A DNA stretch of 64,000 bases from the human T2T-CHM13v2.0 reference genome, Homo sapiens: NCBI RefSeq assembly GCF_009914755.1, contig NC_060933.1. One strand, given 5' to 3'. Positions 29,401 to 42,700 of this stretch are shown here, in pieces (the first letter of the stretch is position 1; each line of letters starts with the position of its first letter). The translations under genes were made by a program, and so were the position numbers. The notes under the pieces were generated by a model. That model saw only the letters and a list, made by a program, of their open reading frames with translations, searched no databases and had not been told where the DNA came from.

Positions 29401-32400
29401 AACGGAATGGAATGGAATGGAATGGAATGGAACCGAAAGGAATGGAATGGAATGGAATGGAGTGGAATGGAATGGAATCAACGTGAGTGCAGGGGAATGG
29501 AATGGAATGGAATGCAATGGAGTGGCATCTTCCGGAATGGAATGGAAAGGAATGGAATGGAATGGAACGGAATCAACCCGAGTGCAATGGAATGGAGTGG
29601 AATGGAATGGAACAACCCGAATGGAATGGAATGTAATGGAGCGTAAGGGAGTTGAATAGAATCAATCCGAATGTAATGGAATGGAATGGAACGGAATGGA
29701 ATTGAATGGAATGGAATGGAATGCAATGGAATGGAATCAACCCGAGTGCAATGGAATGGAGAGGAATGGAATGGAATGGAATGGAAACTACCCGAATGGA
29801 ATGGAATGGAATGCAGTGTAAGGGAATTGAATAGAATCAATCCGAATGTAATGGAATGGAACGGAATGGAATGGAATGGAATGGAATGGAATGGAATGGA
29901 ATGGAATGCAATGGAATGGAATCTTCTGGAATGGAATGGAATGGAATGGAATGGAATGAAATGCAATGGATTCAACTCGACTGCAATGGAATGGAATAGA
30001 ATGGAATGGAATGGAATGGAATGGAATGGAATTAACCCGAATAGAATGGAATGGAATGGAATGGAACGGAATGGAACTGAATGGAATGGAATGGAATGGA
30101 ATGGTATGGAATTGAATGGAATGGTACGGAATAGAATGGAATGGAACGAATTGTAATGGAATGGAATTGAATGGAATGGAATGGAATGGAATGGAATCAA
30201 CGCGAGTGCAGGGGAATGGAATGGAACGGAATGCAATGGAATGGAATCATCCGGAATGTAATGGAATGGAATGGAAAGGAATGGAATGGAATCAACCCGA
30301 GTGCAATGGAATGGAGTGGAATGGAATGGAATGGAATGGAACAACCCGAATGGAATGTAATGTAATGGAGTGTAAGGGAATTGAATAGAATGAATCCGAA
30401 TGGAATGGAATGGAATGGAAAGGAATGGAATGGAATGGAATGGAATGGAAAGGAATGGAATGGAATGGAATGCAATGCCATGGAATCAACACGAGTGCAA
30501 ACGAATGGAATCGAATGGAATGGAATGCAATGGAATGGATTCATCTTGAATGGAATGGAAAGAATGGAATCAACACGAGTGGAATGGCATGGATTGGAAT
30601 GGAATGGAATGGAATCAACCCGAGTACAGGGGAAAGGAATGGAATGGAATGGAATGGAATGGAATCATCCGTAATGTAATGGAAAGGAATGGAATGGAAT
30701 GGAATGGAATGGAATGGAATGGAATCAACTCGATTGCAATCGAATGGAATGGAATGGAATTAACCCGAATAGAATGGAATGGAATGGAATGGAATGGAAC
30801 GGAACGGAATGGAATGGAATGGAATGGAACGGAACGGAACGGAATGGAATGGAATGGAATGGAGTGGAATGGAATGGAATGGAATCAACGCGAGTGCAGG
30901 GGAATGGAATGGAATGGAATGGAATGCAATGGAATGGAATCTTCCGGAATGGAATGGAATGGAATGGAATGGAATGAAATGCAATGGATTCAACTCGATT
31001 GCAATGGAATGGAATATAATGGAATGGAATGGAATGGAATGGAATGGAATTAACCCGAATAGAATGGAATGGAATGGAATGGAACGGAATGGAACGGAAT
31101 GGAATGCAATGGAATGGAATGGAATGGAATGGAACGGAATGGAATGGAATGGAATTAACCCGAATAGAATGGAATGGAATGGAATGGAATGGAATCGTTC
31201 CGAGTGGAATAGGAGGGAATGTATTCGAGTGGAATGGAAAGGAATGGAATCAACCAGAGTGGAATGGAAGGGAATGGAATGGAATGGAAACTAATAGAAT
31301 GGAATCAACCCGAGTGGAATGGAATGGAAAGCACTGGAATGGAATGGAATGGAATGGAATCAACTCGATTGTAATGGAATGGAATGGAATGGAATGGAAT
31401 GGAAAGGAATGCAATGGAATCAACCCGAATACAATGGAATGGAATGGAATGCAATGGAATGGAGTGGAATGGAATGGAATCAACCCGAGTGCAGGGGAAT
31501 GGAATGGAATGGAATGCAATGGAAAGGAATCATCCGGAATGGAATGGAATGGAATGGAATGCAAAGCAATGGAATCAACTCGATTGCAATGGAATGGAAT
31601 GGAATGGAAAGGAATAGAATGGAATCAACCCGAGTGGAATGGAATGGAAAGGACTGGAATTGAGTGAAATGGAATGCAATGGAATGGAATCAACTCGATT
31701 GGAATGGAATGGAATGGAATGGAATGTTATGGAATGGAATTAACCCGAATAGAATGGAATGGAATGGAATGGAATGGAATGGAATGGAATGGAATGGAAT
31801 CAACTCGATTGCAATCGAATGGAATGGAATGGAATTAACCCGAATAGAATGGAATGGAATGGAATGGAATGGAACGGAACGGAATGGAATGGAATGGAAT
31901 GGAACGGAACGGAACGGAATGGAATGGAATGGAATGGAGTGGAATGGAATGGAATGGAATCAACGCGAGTGCAGGGGAATGGAATGGAATGGAATGCAAT
32001 GGAATGGAATCTTCCGGAATGGAATGGAATGGAATGGAATGGAATGAAATGCAATGGATTCAACTCGATTGCAATGGAATGGAATAGAATGGAATGGAAT
32101 GGAATGGAATGGAATGGAATTAACCCGAATAGAATGGAATGGAATGGAATGGAACGGAATGGAACGGAATGGAATGCAATGGAATGGAATGGAATGGAAT
32201 GGAACGGAATGGAATGGAATGGAATTAACCCGAATAGAATGGAATGGAATGGAATGGAACGGAATGGAACGGAATGGAATGGAATGGAATGGAATGGAAT
32301 GGTATGTAATGGAATGGAATGGTACGGAATAGAATGGAATGGAACGAATTGTAATGGAATGGAATTGAATGGAATGGAATGGAATGGAATGGAATCAACG

Positions 32401-35400
32401 CGAGTGCAGGGGAATGTAATGGAACGGAATGCAATGGAATGGAATCATCCGGAATGAATGGAATGGAATGGAATGGAATGGAATCAACCCGAGTGCAATG
32501 GAATGGAGTGGAATGGAATGGAATGGAATGGAAGAACCCGAATGGAATGGAATGTAATGGAGAGTAAGGGAGTTGAATAGAATCAATCCGAATGTAATGG
32601 AATGGAAAGCAACGGAATGGAATGGAATAGAATGGAATGGAATGGAATGGAATGGAATGCAATGGAATGGAATCAACCCGAGTACAATGGAATGGAATGG
32701 AATGGAATGGAATGGAATGGAATGGAATGGAATCAACGCGAGTGCAGGGGAATGGAATGGAATGGAATGCAATGGAATGGAATCTTCCGGAATGGAATGG
32801 AATGGAATGGAATGGAATGAAATGCAATGGATTCAACTCGATTGCAATGGAATGGAATAGAATGCAATGGAATGGAATGGAATGGAATTAACACGAATAG
32901 AATGGAATGGAATGGAATGGAACGGAATGGAACGGAATGGAATGCAATGGAATGGAATGGAATGGAACGGAATGGAATGGAATGGAATTAACCCGAATAG
33001 AATGGAATGGAATGGAATGGAATGGAATGGAATCAACTCGATTGCAATCGAATGGAATGGAATGGAATTAACCCGAATAGAATGGAATGGAATGGAATGG
33101 AACGGAACGGAATTGAATGGAATGGAATGGAATGGAATGGAATGGAATGGAACCGAAAGGAATGGAATGGAATGGAATGGACTGGAATGGAATGGAATCA
33201 ACGCGAGTGCAGGGGAATGGAATGGAATGGAATGCAATGGAATGGAATCTTTCGGAATGGAATGGAATGGAATGGAATGGAATCAACCCGAGTGCAATGG
33301 TATGGAGTGGAATGGAATGGAACAACCCGAATGGAATGGAATGGAATGGAGAGTAAGGGAGTTGAATAGAATCAATCCGAATGTAATGGAATGTAATGGA
33401 ACGGAATGGAATTGAATGGAATGGAATGGAATGCAAAGGAATGGAATCAACCCGAGTGCAATGGAATGGACAGGAATGGAATGGAATGGAATGGAAACTA
33501 CCCGAATGGAATGGAATGGAATGCAGTGTAAGGGAATTGAATAGAATCAATCCGAATGTAATGGAATGGAACGGAATGGAATGGAATGGAATGGAATGGA
33601 ATGGAATGGAATGGAATGGAATGCAATGGAATGGAATCAACCCGAGTGCAATCGAATGGAATCCAATGGAATGGAATGCAATGGAATGGATTCAACTTGA
33701 ATGGAATGGAAAGAATGGAATCAACCCGAGTGGAATGGCATGGATTGGAATGGAATGGAATGGAATCAACCCGAGTACAGGGGAATGGAGTGGAATGGAA
33801 TGCAATGGAATGGAATCATCCGTAAAGGAATGGAAAGGAATGGAATGGAATGGAATGGAATGGAATGGAATGGAATGGAATCAACTCGATTGCAATCGAA
33901 TGGAATGGAATGGAATTAACCCGAATAGAATGGAATGGAATGGAATGGAACGGAACAGAATGGAATGGAATGGAATGGAACGGAACGGAACAGAACGGAA
34001 TGGAATGTAATGGAATGGAATGGAATCAACGCCAGTGCAGGGGAATGGAATGGAATGGAATGCAATGGAATGGAATCTTCCGGAATGGAATGGAATGGAA
34101 TGGAATGGAATGAAATGCAATGGATTCAACTCGACTGCAATGGAATGGAATAGAATGGAATGGAATGGAATGGAATGGAATGGAATTAACCCGAATAGAA
34201 TGGAATGGAATGGAATGGAATGGAACTGAATGGATTGGAATTGAATGGAATGGAATAGAATGGAATGGAATTAACCCGAATAGAATGGAATGGAATGGAA
34301 TGGAACGGAACGGAATGGAATGGAATGGAATGGAATGGAATGGAATGGAATGGAATCAACCCGACTTCAGGGGAATGGAATGGAATGGAATGCAATGGAA
34401 TAGATTCAACTTGAATGGAATGGAAAGAATGGAATCAACACGAGTGGAATGGCATGGATTGGAATGGAAGGGAATGGAATCAACCCGAGTACAGGGGAAT
34501 GGAATGGAATGGAATGCAATGGAATGGAATCATCCGTAATGGAATAGAAAGGAATGGAATGGAATGGAATGGAATGGAATGGAATGGAATGGAATGGAAT
34601 GGAATCAACTCGATTGCAATCGAATGGAATGGAATGGAATTAACCCGAATAGAATGAAATGGAATGGAATGGAACGGAACGGAATGGAATGGAATGGAAT
34701 GGAATGGAACCGAAAGGAATGGAATGGAATGGAATGGAGTGGAATGGAATGGAATCAACGTGAGTGCAGGGGAATGGAATGGAATGGAATGCAATGGAGT
34801 GGCATCTTCCGGAATGGAATGGAAAGGAATGGAATGGAATGGAACGGAATCAACCCGAGTGCAATGGAATGGAGTGGAATGGAATGGAACAACCCGAATG
34901 GAATGGAATGTAATGGAGCGTAAGGGAGTTGAATAGAATCAATCCGAATGTAATGGAATGGAATGGAACGGAATGGAATTGAATGGAATGGAATGGAATG
35001 CAATGGAATGGAATCAACCCGAGTGCAATGGAATGGATAGGAATGGAATGGAATGGAATGGAAACTACCCGAATGGAATGGAATGGAATGCAGTGTAAGG
35101 GAATTGAATAGAATCAATCCGAATGTAATGGAATGGAACGGAATGGAATGGAATGGAATGGAATGGAATGGAATGGAATGGAATGCAATGGAATGGAATC
35201 TTCTGGAATGGAATGGAATGGAATGGAATGGAATGAAATGCAATGGATTCAACTCGACTGCAATGGAATGGAATAGAATGGAATGGAATGGAATGGAATG
35301 GAATGGAATTAACCCGAATAGAATGGAATGGAATGGAATGGAACGGAATGGAACTGAATGGAATGGAATGGAATGGAATGGTATGGAATTGAATGGAATG

Positions 35401-36465
35401 GTACGGAATAGAATGGAATGGAACGAATTGTAATGGAATGGAATTGAATGGAATGGAATGGAATGGAATGGAATCAACGCGAGTGCAGGGGAATGGAATG
35501 GAACGGAATGCAATGGAATGGAATCATCCGGAATGTAATGGAATGGAATGGAAAGGAATGGAATGGAATCAACCCGAGTGCAATGGAATGGAGTGGAATG
35601 GAATGGAATGGAATGGAACAACCCGAATGGAATGTAATGTAATGGAGTGTAAGGGAATTGAATAGAATGAATCCGAATGGAATGGAATGGAATGGAAAGG
35701 AATGGAATGGAATGGAATGGAATGGAAAGGAATGGAATGGAATGGAATGCAATGCCATGGAATCAACACGAGTGCAAACGAATGGAATCGAATGGAATGG
35801 AATGCAATGGAATGGATTCATCTTGAATGGAATGGAAAGAATGGAATCAACACGAGTGGAATGGCATGGATTGGAATGGAATGGAATGGAATCAACCCGA
35901 GTACAGGGGAAAGGAATGGAATGGAATGGAATGGAATGGAATCATCCGTAATGTAATGGAAAGGAATGGAATGGAATGGAATGGAATGGAATGGAATGGA
36001 ATCAACTCGATTGCAATCGAATGGAATGGAATGGAATTAACCCGAATAGAATGGAATGGAATGGAATGGAATGGAACGGAACGGAATGGAATGGAATGGA
36101 ATGGAACGGAACGGAACGGAATGGAATGGAATGGAATGGAGTGGAATGGAATGGAATGGAATCAACGCGAGTGCAGGGGAATGGAATGGAATGGAATGGA
36201 ATGCAATGGAATGGAATCTTCCGGAATGGAATGGAATGGAATGGAATGGAATGAAATGCAATGGATTCAACTCGATTGCAATGGAATGGAATATAATGGA
36301 ATGGAATGGAATGGAATGGAATGGAATTAACCCGAATAGAATGGAATGGAATGGAATGGAACGGAATGGAACGGAATGGAATGCAATGGAATGGAATGGA
36401 ATGGAATGGAACGGAATGGAATGGAATGGAATTAACCCGAATAGAATGGAATGGAATGGAATGGA
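25911..36465 (+). repeat. Near-perfect ~5277-bp tandem duplication (~25911-31192 / ~31193-36465)
   Basis: Many ORF pairs at offset exactly 5277 (26948/32225, 27102/32379, 29478/34755, 30116/35393, 30550/35827). The only substitutions I noticed are C26427/A31709 and G29761/T35038, plus pentamer-count differences. Confidence 0.92.
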
Positions 36466-37269
36466 ACGGAATGGAACGGAATGGAATGGAATGGAATGGA
36501 ATGGAATGGTATGTAATGGAATGGAATGGTACGGAATAGAATGGAATGGAACGAATTGTAATGGAATGGAATTGAATGGAATGGAATGGAATGGAATGGA
36601 ATCAACGCGAGTGCAGGGGAATGTAATGGAACGGAATGCAATGGAATGGAATCATCCGGAATGAATGGAATGGAATGGAATGGAATGGAATCAACCCGAG
36701 TGCAATGGAATGGAGTGGAATGGAATGGAATGGAATGGAAGAACCCGAATGGAATGGAATGTAATGGAGAGTAAGGGAGTTGAATAGAATCAATCCGAAT
36801 GTAATGGAATGGAAAGCAACGGAATGGAATGGAATAGAATGGAATGGAATGGAATGGAATGGAATGCAATGGAATGGAATCAACCCGAGTACAATGGAAT
36901 GGAATGGAATGGAATGGAATGGAATGGAATGGAATGGAATGGAATGGAATCAACGCGAGTGCAGGGGAATGGAATGGAATGGAATGCAATGGAATGGAAT
37001 CTTCCGGAATGGAATGGAATGGAATGGAATGGAATGAAATGCAATGGATTCAACTCGATTGCAATGGAATGGAATAGAATGCAATGGAATGGAATGGAAT
37101 GGAATTAACCCGAATAGAATGGAATGGAATGGAATGGAACGGAATGGAACGGAATGGAATGCAATGGAATGGAATGGAATGGAACGGAATGGAATGGAAT
37201 GGAATTAACCCGAATAGAATGGAATGGAATGGAATGGAACGGAATGGAACGGAATGGAATGGAATGGAA

Positions 37270-40200
37270 TGGAGTGGAATGGTATGGAATGGAATGGAAT
37301 GGTACGGAATAGAATGGAATGGAACGAATTGTAATGGAATGGAATTGAATGGAATTGAATGGAATGGAATGGAATCAACGCGAGTGCAGGGGAATGTAAT
37401 GGAACGGAATGCAATGGAATGGAATCATCCGGAATGAATGGAATGGAATGGAATGGAATGGAATCAACCCGAGTGCAATGGAATGGAGTGGAATGGAATG
37501 GAATGGAATGGAAGAACCCGAATGGAATGGAATGTAATGGAGAGTAAGGGAGTTGAATAGAATCAATCCGAATGTAATGGAATGGAAAGCAACGGAATGG
37601 AATGGAATAGAATGGAATGGAATGGAATAGAATGGAATGTAATGGAATGGAATGGAATGCAATGGAATGGAATCAACCCGAGTACAATGGAATGGAATGG
37701 AATGGAATGGAATGGAATGGAATGGAATGGAATGGAATCAACGCGACTGCAGGGGAATGGAATGGAACGGAATGCAATGGAATGGAATCATCCGGAATGG
37801 AATGGAATGGAATGGAAAGGAATGGAATGGAATCAACCCCAGTGCAATGGAATGGAGTGGAATGGAATGGAATGGAATGGAACAACCCGAATGGAATGTA
37901 ATGTAATGGAGTGTAAGGGAATTGAATAGAATGAATCCGAATGGAATGGAATGGAATGGAAAGGAATGGAATGGAATGAAATGGAATGCAATGGAATGGA
38001 ATGCAATGCCATGGAATCAACACGAGTGCAAACGAATGGAATCGAATGGAATGGAATGCAATGGAATGGATTCATCTTGAATGGAATGGAAAGAATGGAA
38101 TCAACACGAGTGGAATGGCATGGATTGGAATGGAATGGAATGGAATCAACCCGAGTACAGGGGAAAGGAATGGAATGGAATGGAATGGAATGGAATGGAA
38201 TCAACTCGATTGCAATCGAATGGAATGGAATGGAATTAACCCGAATAGAGTGGAATGGAATGGAATGGAATGGAACGGAACGGAATGGAATGGAATGGAA
38301 TGGAATGGAATGAAATGGAACGGAACGGAACGGAACGGAATGGAATGGAATGGAATGGAATGGAATGGAATCAACGCGAGTGCAGGGGAATGGAATGGAA
38401 TGGAATGCAATGGAATGGAACCTTCCGGAATGGAATGGAATGGAATGGAATGGAATGGAATGAAATGCAATAGATTCAACTCGATTGCAATGGAATGGAA
38501 TAGAATGGAATGGAATGCAATGGAATGGAATGGAATGGAATTAACCCGAATAGAATGGAATGGAATGGAATGGAACGGAATGGAACGGAATGGAATGGAA
38601 TGGAATGGAATGGAATGGTATGGAATGGAATGGAATGGAATGGAATGGAATGGAACAACCCGAATGGAATGGAATGTAATGAAGAGTAAGGGATTTGAAT
38701 ACAATCAATCCGAATGACATGGAATGGAATGCAACGGAATGGAATGGAATGGAATGCAATGGAATTGAATCAACCCGAGTACAATGGAATGGAATGGAAT
38801 GGAATGGAATGGAATGGAATGGAATGGAATTGAATGGAATGGAATGTCTTCAAACCGAATGGAATGGAAAGCAATGGAATCAACACGAGTGGAATGGAAT
38901 GGAATGGAATGGAATGGAATGGAATGGAATGGTACGGAATAGAATGGAATGGAACGAAATGGAATGGAATGGAATGGAATGGAATGGAATGGAATGGAAT
39001 GGAATCGTTCCGAGTGGAATAGGAAGGAATGTATTCGAGTGGAATGGAAAGGAATGGAATCAACCAGAGTGGAATGGAAGGGAATGGAATGGAATGGAAA
39101 CTAATAGAATGGAATCAACCCGAGTGGAATGGAATGGAAAGCACTGGAATGGAATGGAATGGAATGGAATCAACTCGATTGTAATGGAATGGAATGGAAT
39201 GGAATGGAATGGAAAGGAATGCAATGGAATCAACCCGAATACAATGGAATGGAATGGAATGCAATGGAATGGAGTGGAATGGAATGGAATCAACCCGAGT
39301 GCAGGGGAATGGAATGGAATGGAATGCAATGGAAAGGAATCATCCGGAATGGAATGGAATGGAATGGAATGCAAAGCAATGGAATCAACTCGATTGCAAT
39401 GGAATGGAATGGAATGGAAAGGAATAGAATGGAATCAACCCGAGTGGAATGGAATGGAAAGGACTGGAATTGAGTGAAATGGAATGCAATGGAATGGAAT
39501 CAACTCGATTGGAATGGAATGGAATGGAATGGAATGTTATGGAATGGAATTAACCCGAATAGAATGGAATGGAATGGAGTGGAATGGAATGGAATGGAAT
39601 TAACCCGAATAGAATAGAATGGAACGGAATGGAACGTAATGTAATGTAATGGAATGGAATGGAATCCATCCGAGTGCAGGGGAATGGAATGGAATGGAAT
39701 GCAATGGAATGGAATCATCCGGAATGGAATGGAATGGAATGGAATGGAATGGAATCAACTCGATTTCAATGGACTGGAATGGAATAGAATGGAATGGAAT
39801 TAACACGAATAGAATGGAATGGAATGGAATGGAACAGAATGGAACGGAATGGAATGGAATGGAATGGAATGGAATGGTATGGAATGGAATGAAATGGAAT
39901 GGAATTAACCCGAATAGAATGGAATGGAATGGAATGGAATGGAACTGAATGGATTGGAATGGAATGGAATGGAATAGAATGGAATGGAATTAACCCGAAT
40001 AGAATGGAATGGAATGGAATGGAACGGAACGGAATTGAATGGAATGGAATGGAATGGAATGGAATGGAATGGAATCAACCCGACTTCAGGGGAATGGAAT
40101 GGAATGGAATGGAATCAACGTGAGTGCAGGGGAATGGAATGGAATGGAATGCAATGGAGTGGAATCTTCCGGAATGGAATGGAAAGGAATGGAATGGAAT

Positions 40201-42700
40201 GGAACGGAATGGAATGGTATGTAATGGAATGGAATGGTACGGAATAGAATGGAATGGAACGAATTGTAATGGAATGGAATTGAATGGAATGGAATGGAAT
40301 GGAATGGAATCAACACGAGTGCAGGGGAATGTAATGGAACGGAATGCAATGGAATGGAATCATCCGGAATGAATGGAATGGAATGGAATGGAATGGAATC
40401 AACCCGAGTGCAATGGAATGGAGTGGAATGGAATGGAATGGAATGGAAGAACCCGAATGGAATGGAATGTAATGGAGAGTAAGGGAGTTGAATAGAATCA
40501 ATCCGAATGTAATGGAATGGAAAGCAACGGAATGGAATGGAATAGAATGGAATGGAATGGAATGGAATGGAATGCAATGGAATGGAATCAACCCGAGTAC
40601 AATGGAATGGAATGGAATGGAATGGAATGGAATGGAATGGAATGGAATGGAATCAACGCGACTGCAGGGGAATGGAATGGAACGGAATGCAATGGAATGG
40701 AATCATCCGGAATGGAATGGAATGGAATGGAAAGGAATGGAATGGAATCAACCCCAGTGCAATGGAATGGAGTGGAATGGAATGGAATGGAATGGAACAA
40801 CCCGAATGGAATGTAATGTAATGGAGTGTAAGGGAATTGAATAGAATGAATCCGAATGGAATGGAATGGAATGGAAATGAATGGAATGGAATGAAATGGA
40901 ATGCAATGGAATGGAATGAAATGGAATGCAATGGAATGGAATGCAATGCCATGGAATCAACACGAGTGCAAACGAATGGAATCGAATGGAATGGAATGCA
41001 ATGGAATGGATTCATCTTGAATGGAATGGAAAGAATGGAATCAACACGAGTGGAATGGCATGGATTGGAATGGAATGGAATGGAATCAACCCGAGTACAG
41101 GGGAAATGAATGGAATGGAATGGAATGGAATGGAATGGAATCAACTCGATTGCAATCGAATGGAATGGAATGGAATTAACCCGAATAGAGTGGAATGGAA
41201 TGGAATGGAATGGAACGGAACGGAATGGAATGGAATGGAATGGAATGAAATGGAACGGAACGGAATGGAACGGAATGGAATGGAATGGAATGGAATGGAA
41301 TGGAATCAACGCGAGTGCAGGGGAATGGAATGGAATGGAATGCAATGGAATGGAATCTTCCGGAATGGAATGGAATGGAATGGAATGGAATGAAATGCAA
41401 TGGATTCAACTCGATTGCAATGGAATGGAATAGAATGGAATGGAATGGAATGGAATGGAATGGAATGGAATTAACCCGAATAGAATGGAATGGAACGGAA
41501 TGGAACGGAATGGAACGGAATGGAATGGAATGGAATGGAATGGAATGGTATGGAATGGAATGGAATGGAATGGAATGGAATGGAATGAAATGGAATGGAA
41601 CAACCCGAATGGAATGGAATGTAATGAAGAGTAAGGGATTTGAATACAATCAATCCGAATGAAATGGAATGGAATGCAACGGAATGGAATGGAATGGAAT
41701 GCAATGGAATTGAATCAACCCGAGTACAATGGAATGGAATGGAATGGAATGGAATGGAATGGAATGGAATGGAATGGAATGCCTTCAAACCGAATGGAAT
41801 GGAAAGCAATGGAATCAACACGAGTGGAATGGAATGGAATGGAATGGAATGGAATGGAATGGTACGGAATAGAATGGAATAGAACGAAATGGAATGGAAT
41901 GGAATGGAATGGAATGGAATGGAATGGAATGGAATGGAATGGAATCGTTCCGAGTGGAATAGGAGGGAATGTATTCGAGTGGAATGGAAAGGAATGGAAT
42001 CAACCAGAGTGGAATGGAAGGGAATGGAATAGAATGGAAACTAATAGAATGGAATCAACCCGAGTGGAATGGAATGGAAAGCACTGGAATGGAATGCAAT
42101 GGAATGGAATCAACTCGATTGTAATGGAATGGAATGGAATGGAATGGAATGGAAAGGAATGCAATGGAATCAACCCGAATACAATGGAATGGAATGGAAT
42201 GCAATGGAATGGAGTGGAATGGAATGGAATCAACCCGAGTGCAGGGGAATGGAATGGAATGGAATGCAATGGAAAGGAATCATCCGGAATGGAATGGAAT
42301 GGAATGGAATGCAAAGCAATGGAATCAACTCGATTGCAATGGAATGGAATGGAATGGAAAGAAATAGAATGGAATCAACCCGAGTGGAATGGAATGGAAA
42401 GGACTGGAATTGAGTGAAATGGAATGGAATGGAATGGAATCAACTCGATTGGAATGGAATGGAATGGAATGGAATGTTATGGAATGGAATTAACCCGAAT
42501 AGAATGGAATGGAATGGAGTGGAATTAAATGGAATGGAATTAACCCGAATAGAATAGAATGGAACGGAATGGAACGTAATGTAATGTAATGGAATGGAAT
42601 GGAATCCATCCGAGTGCAGGGGAATGGAATGGAATGGAATGCAATGGAATGGAATCATCCGGAATGGAATGGAATGGAATGGAATGCAAAGCAATGGAAT
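37270..42700 (+). repeat. ~2.94-kb-offset tandem repeat (~37270-39730 / ~40210-42680)
   Basis: ORF pairs 37359/40294 (2935) and 39060/42000 (2940). Marker AATCGTTCCGAG at 39003 and 41943. Confidence 0.82.
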
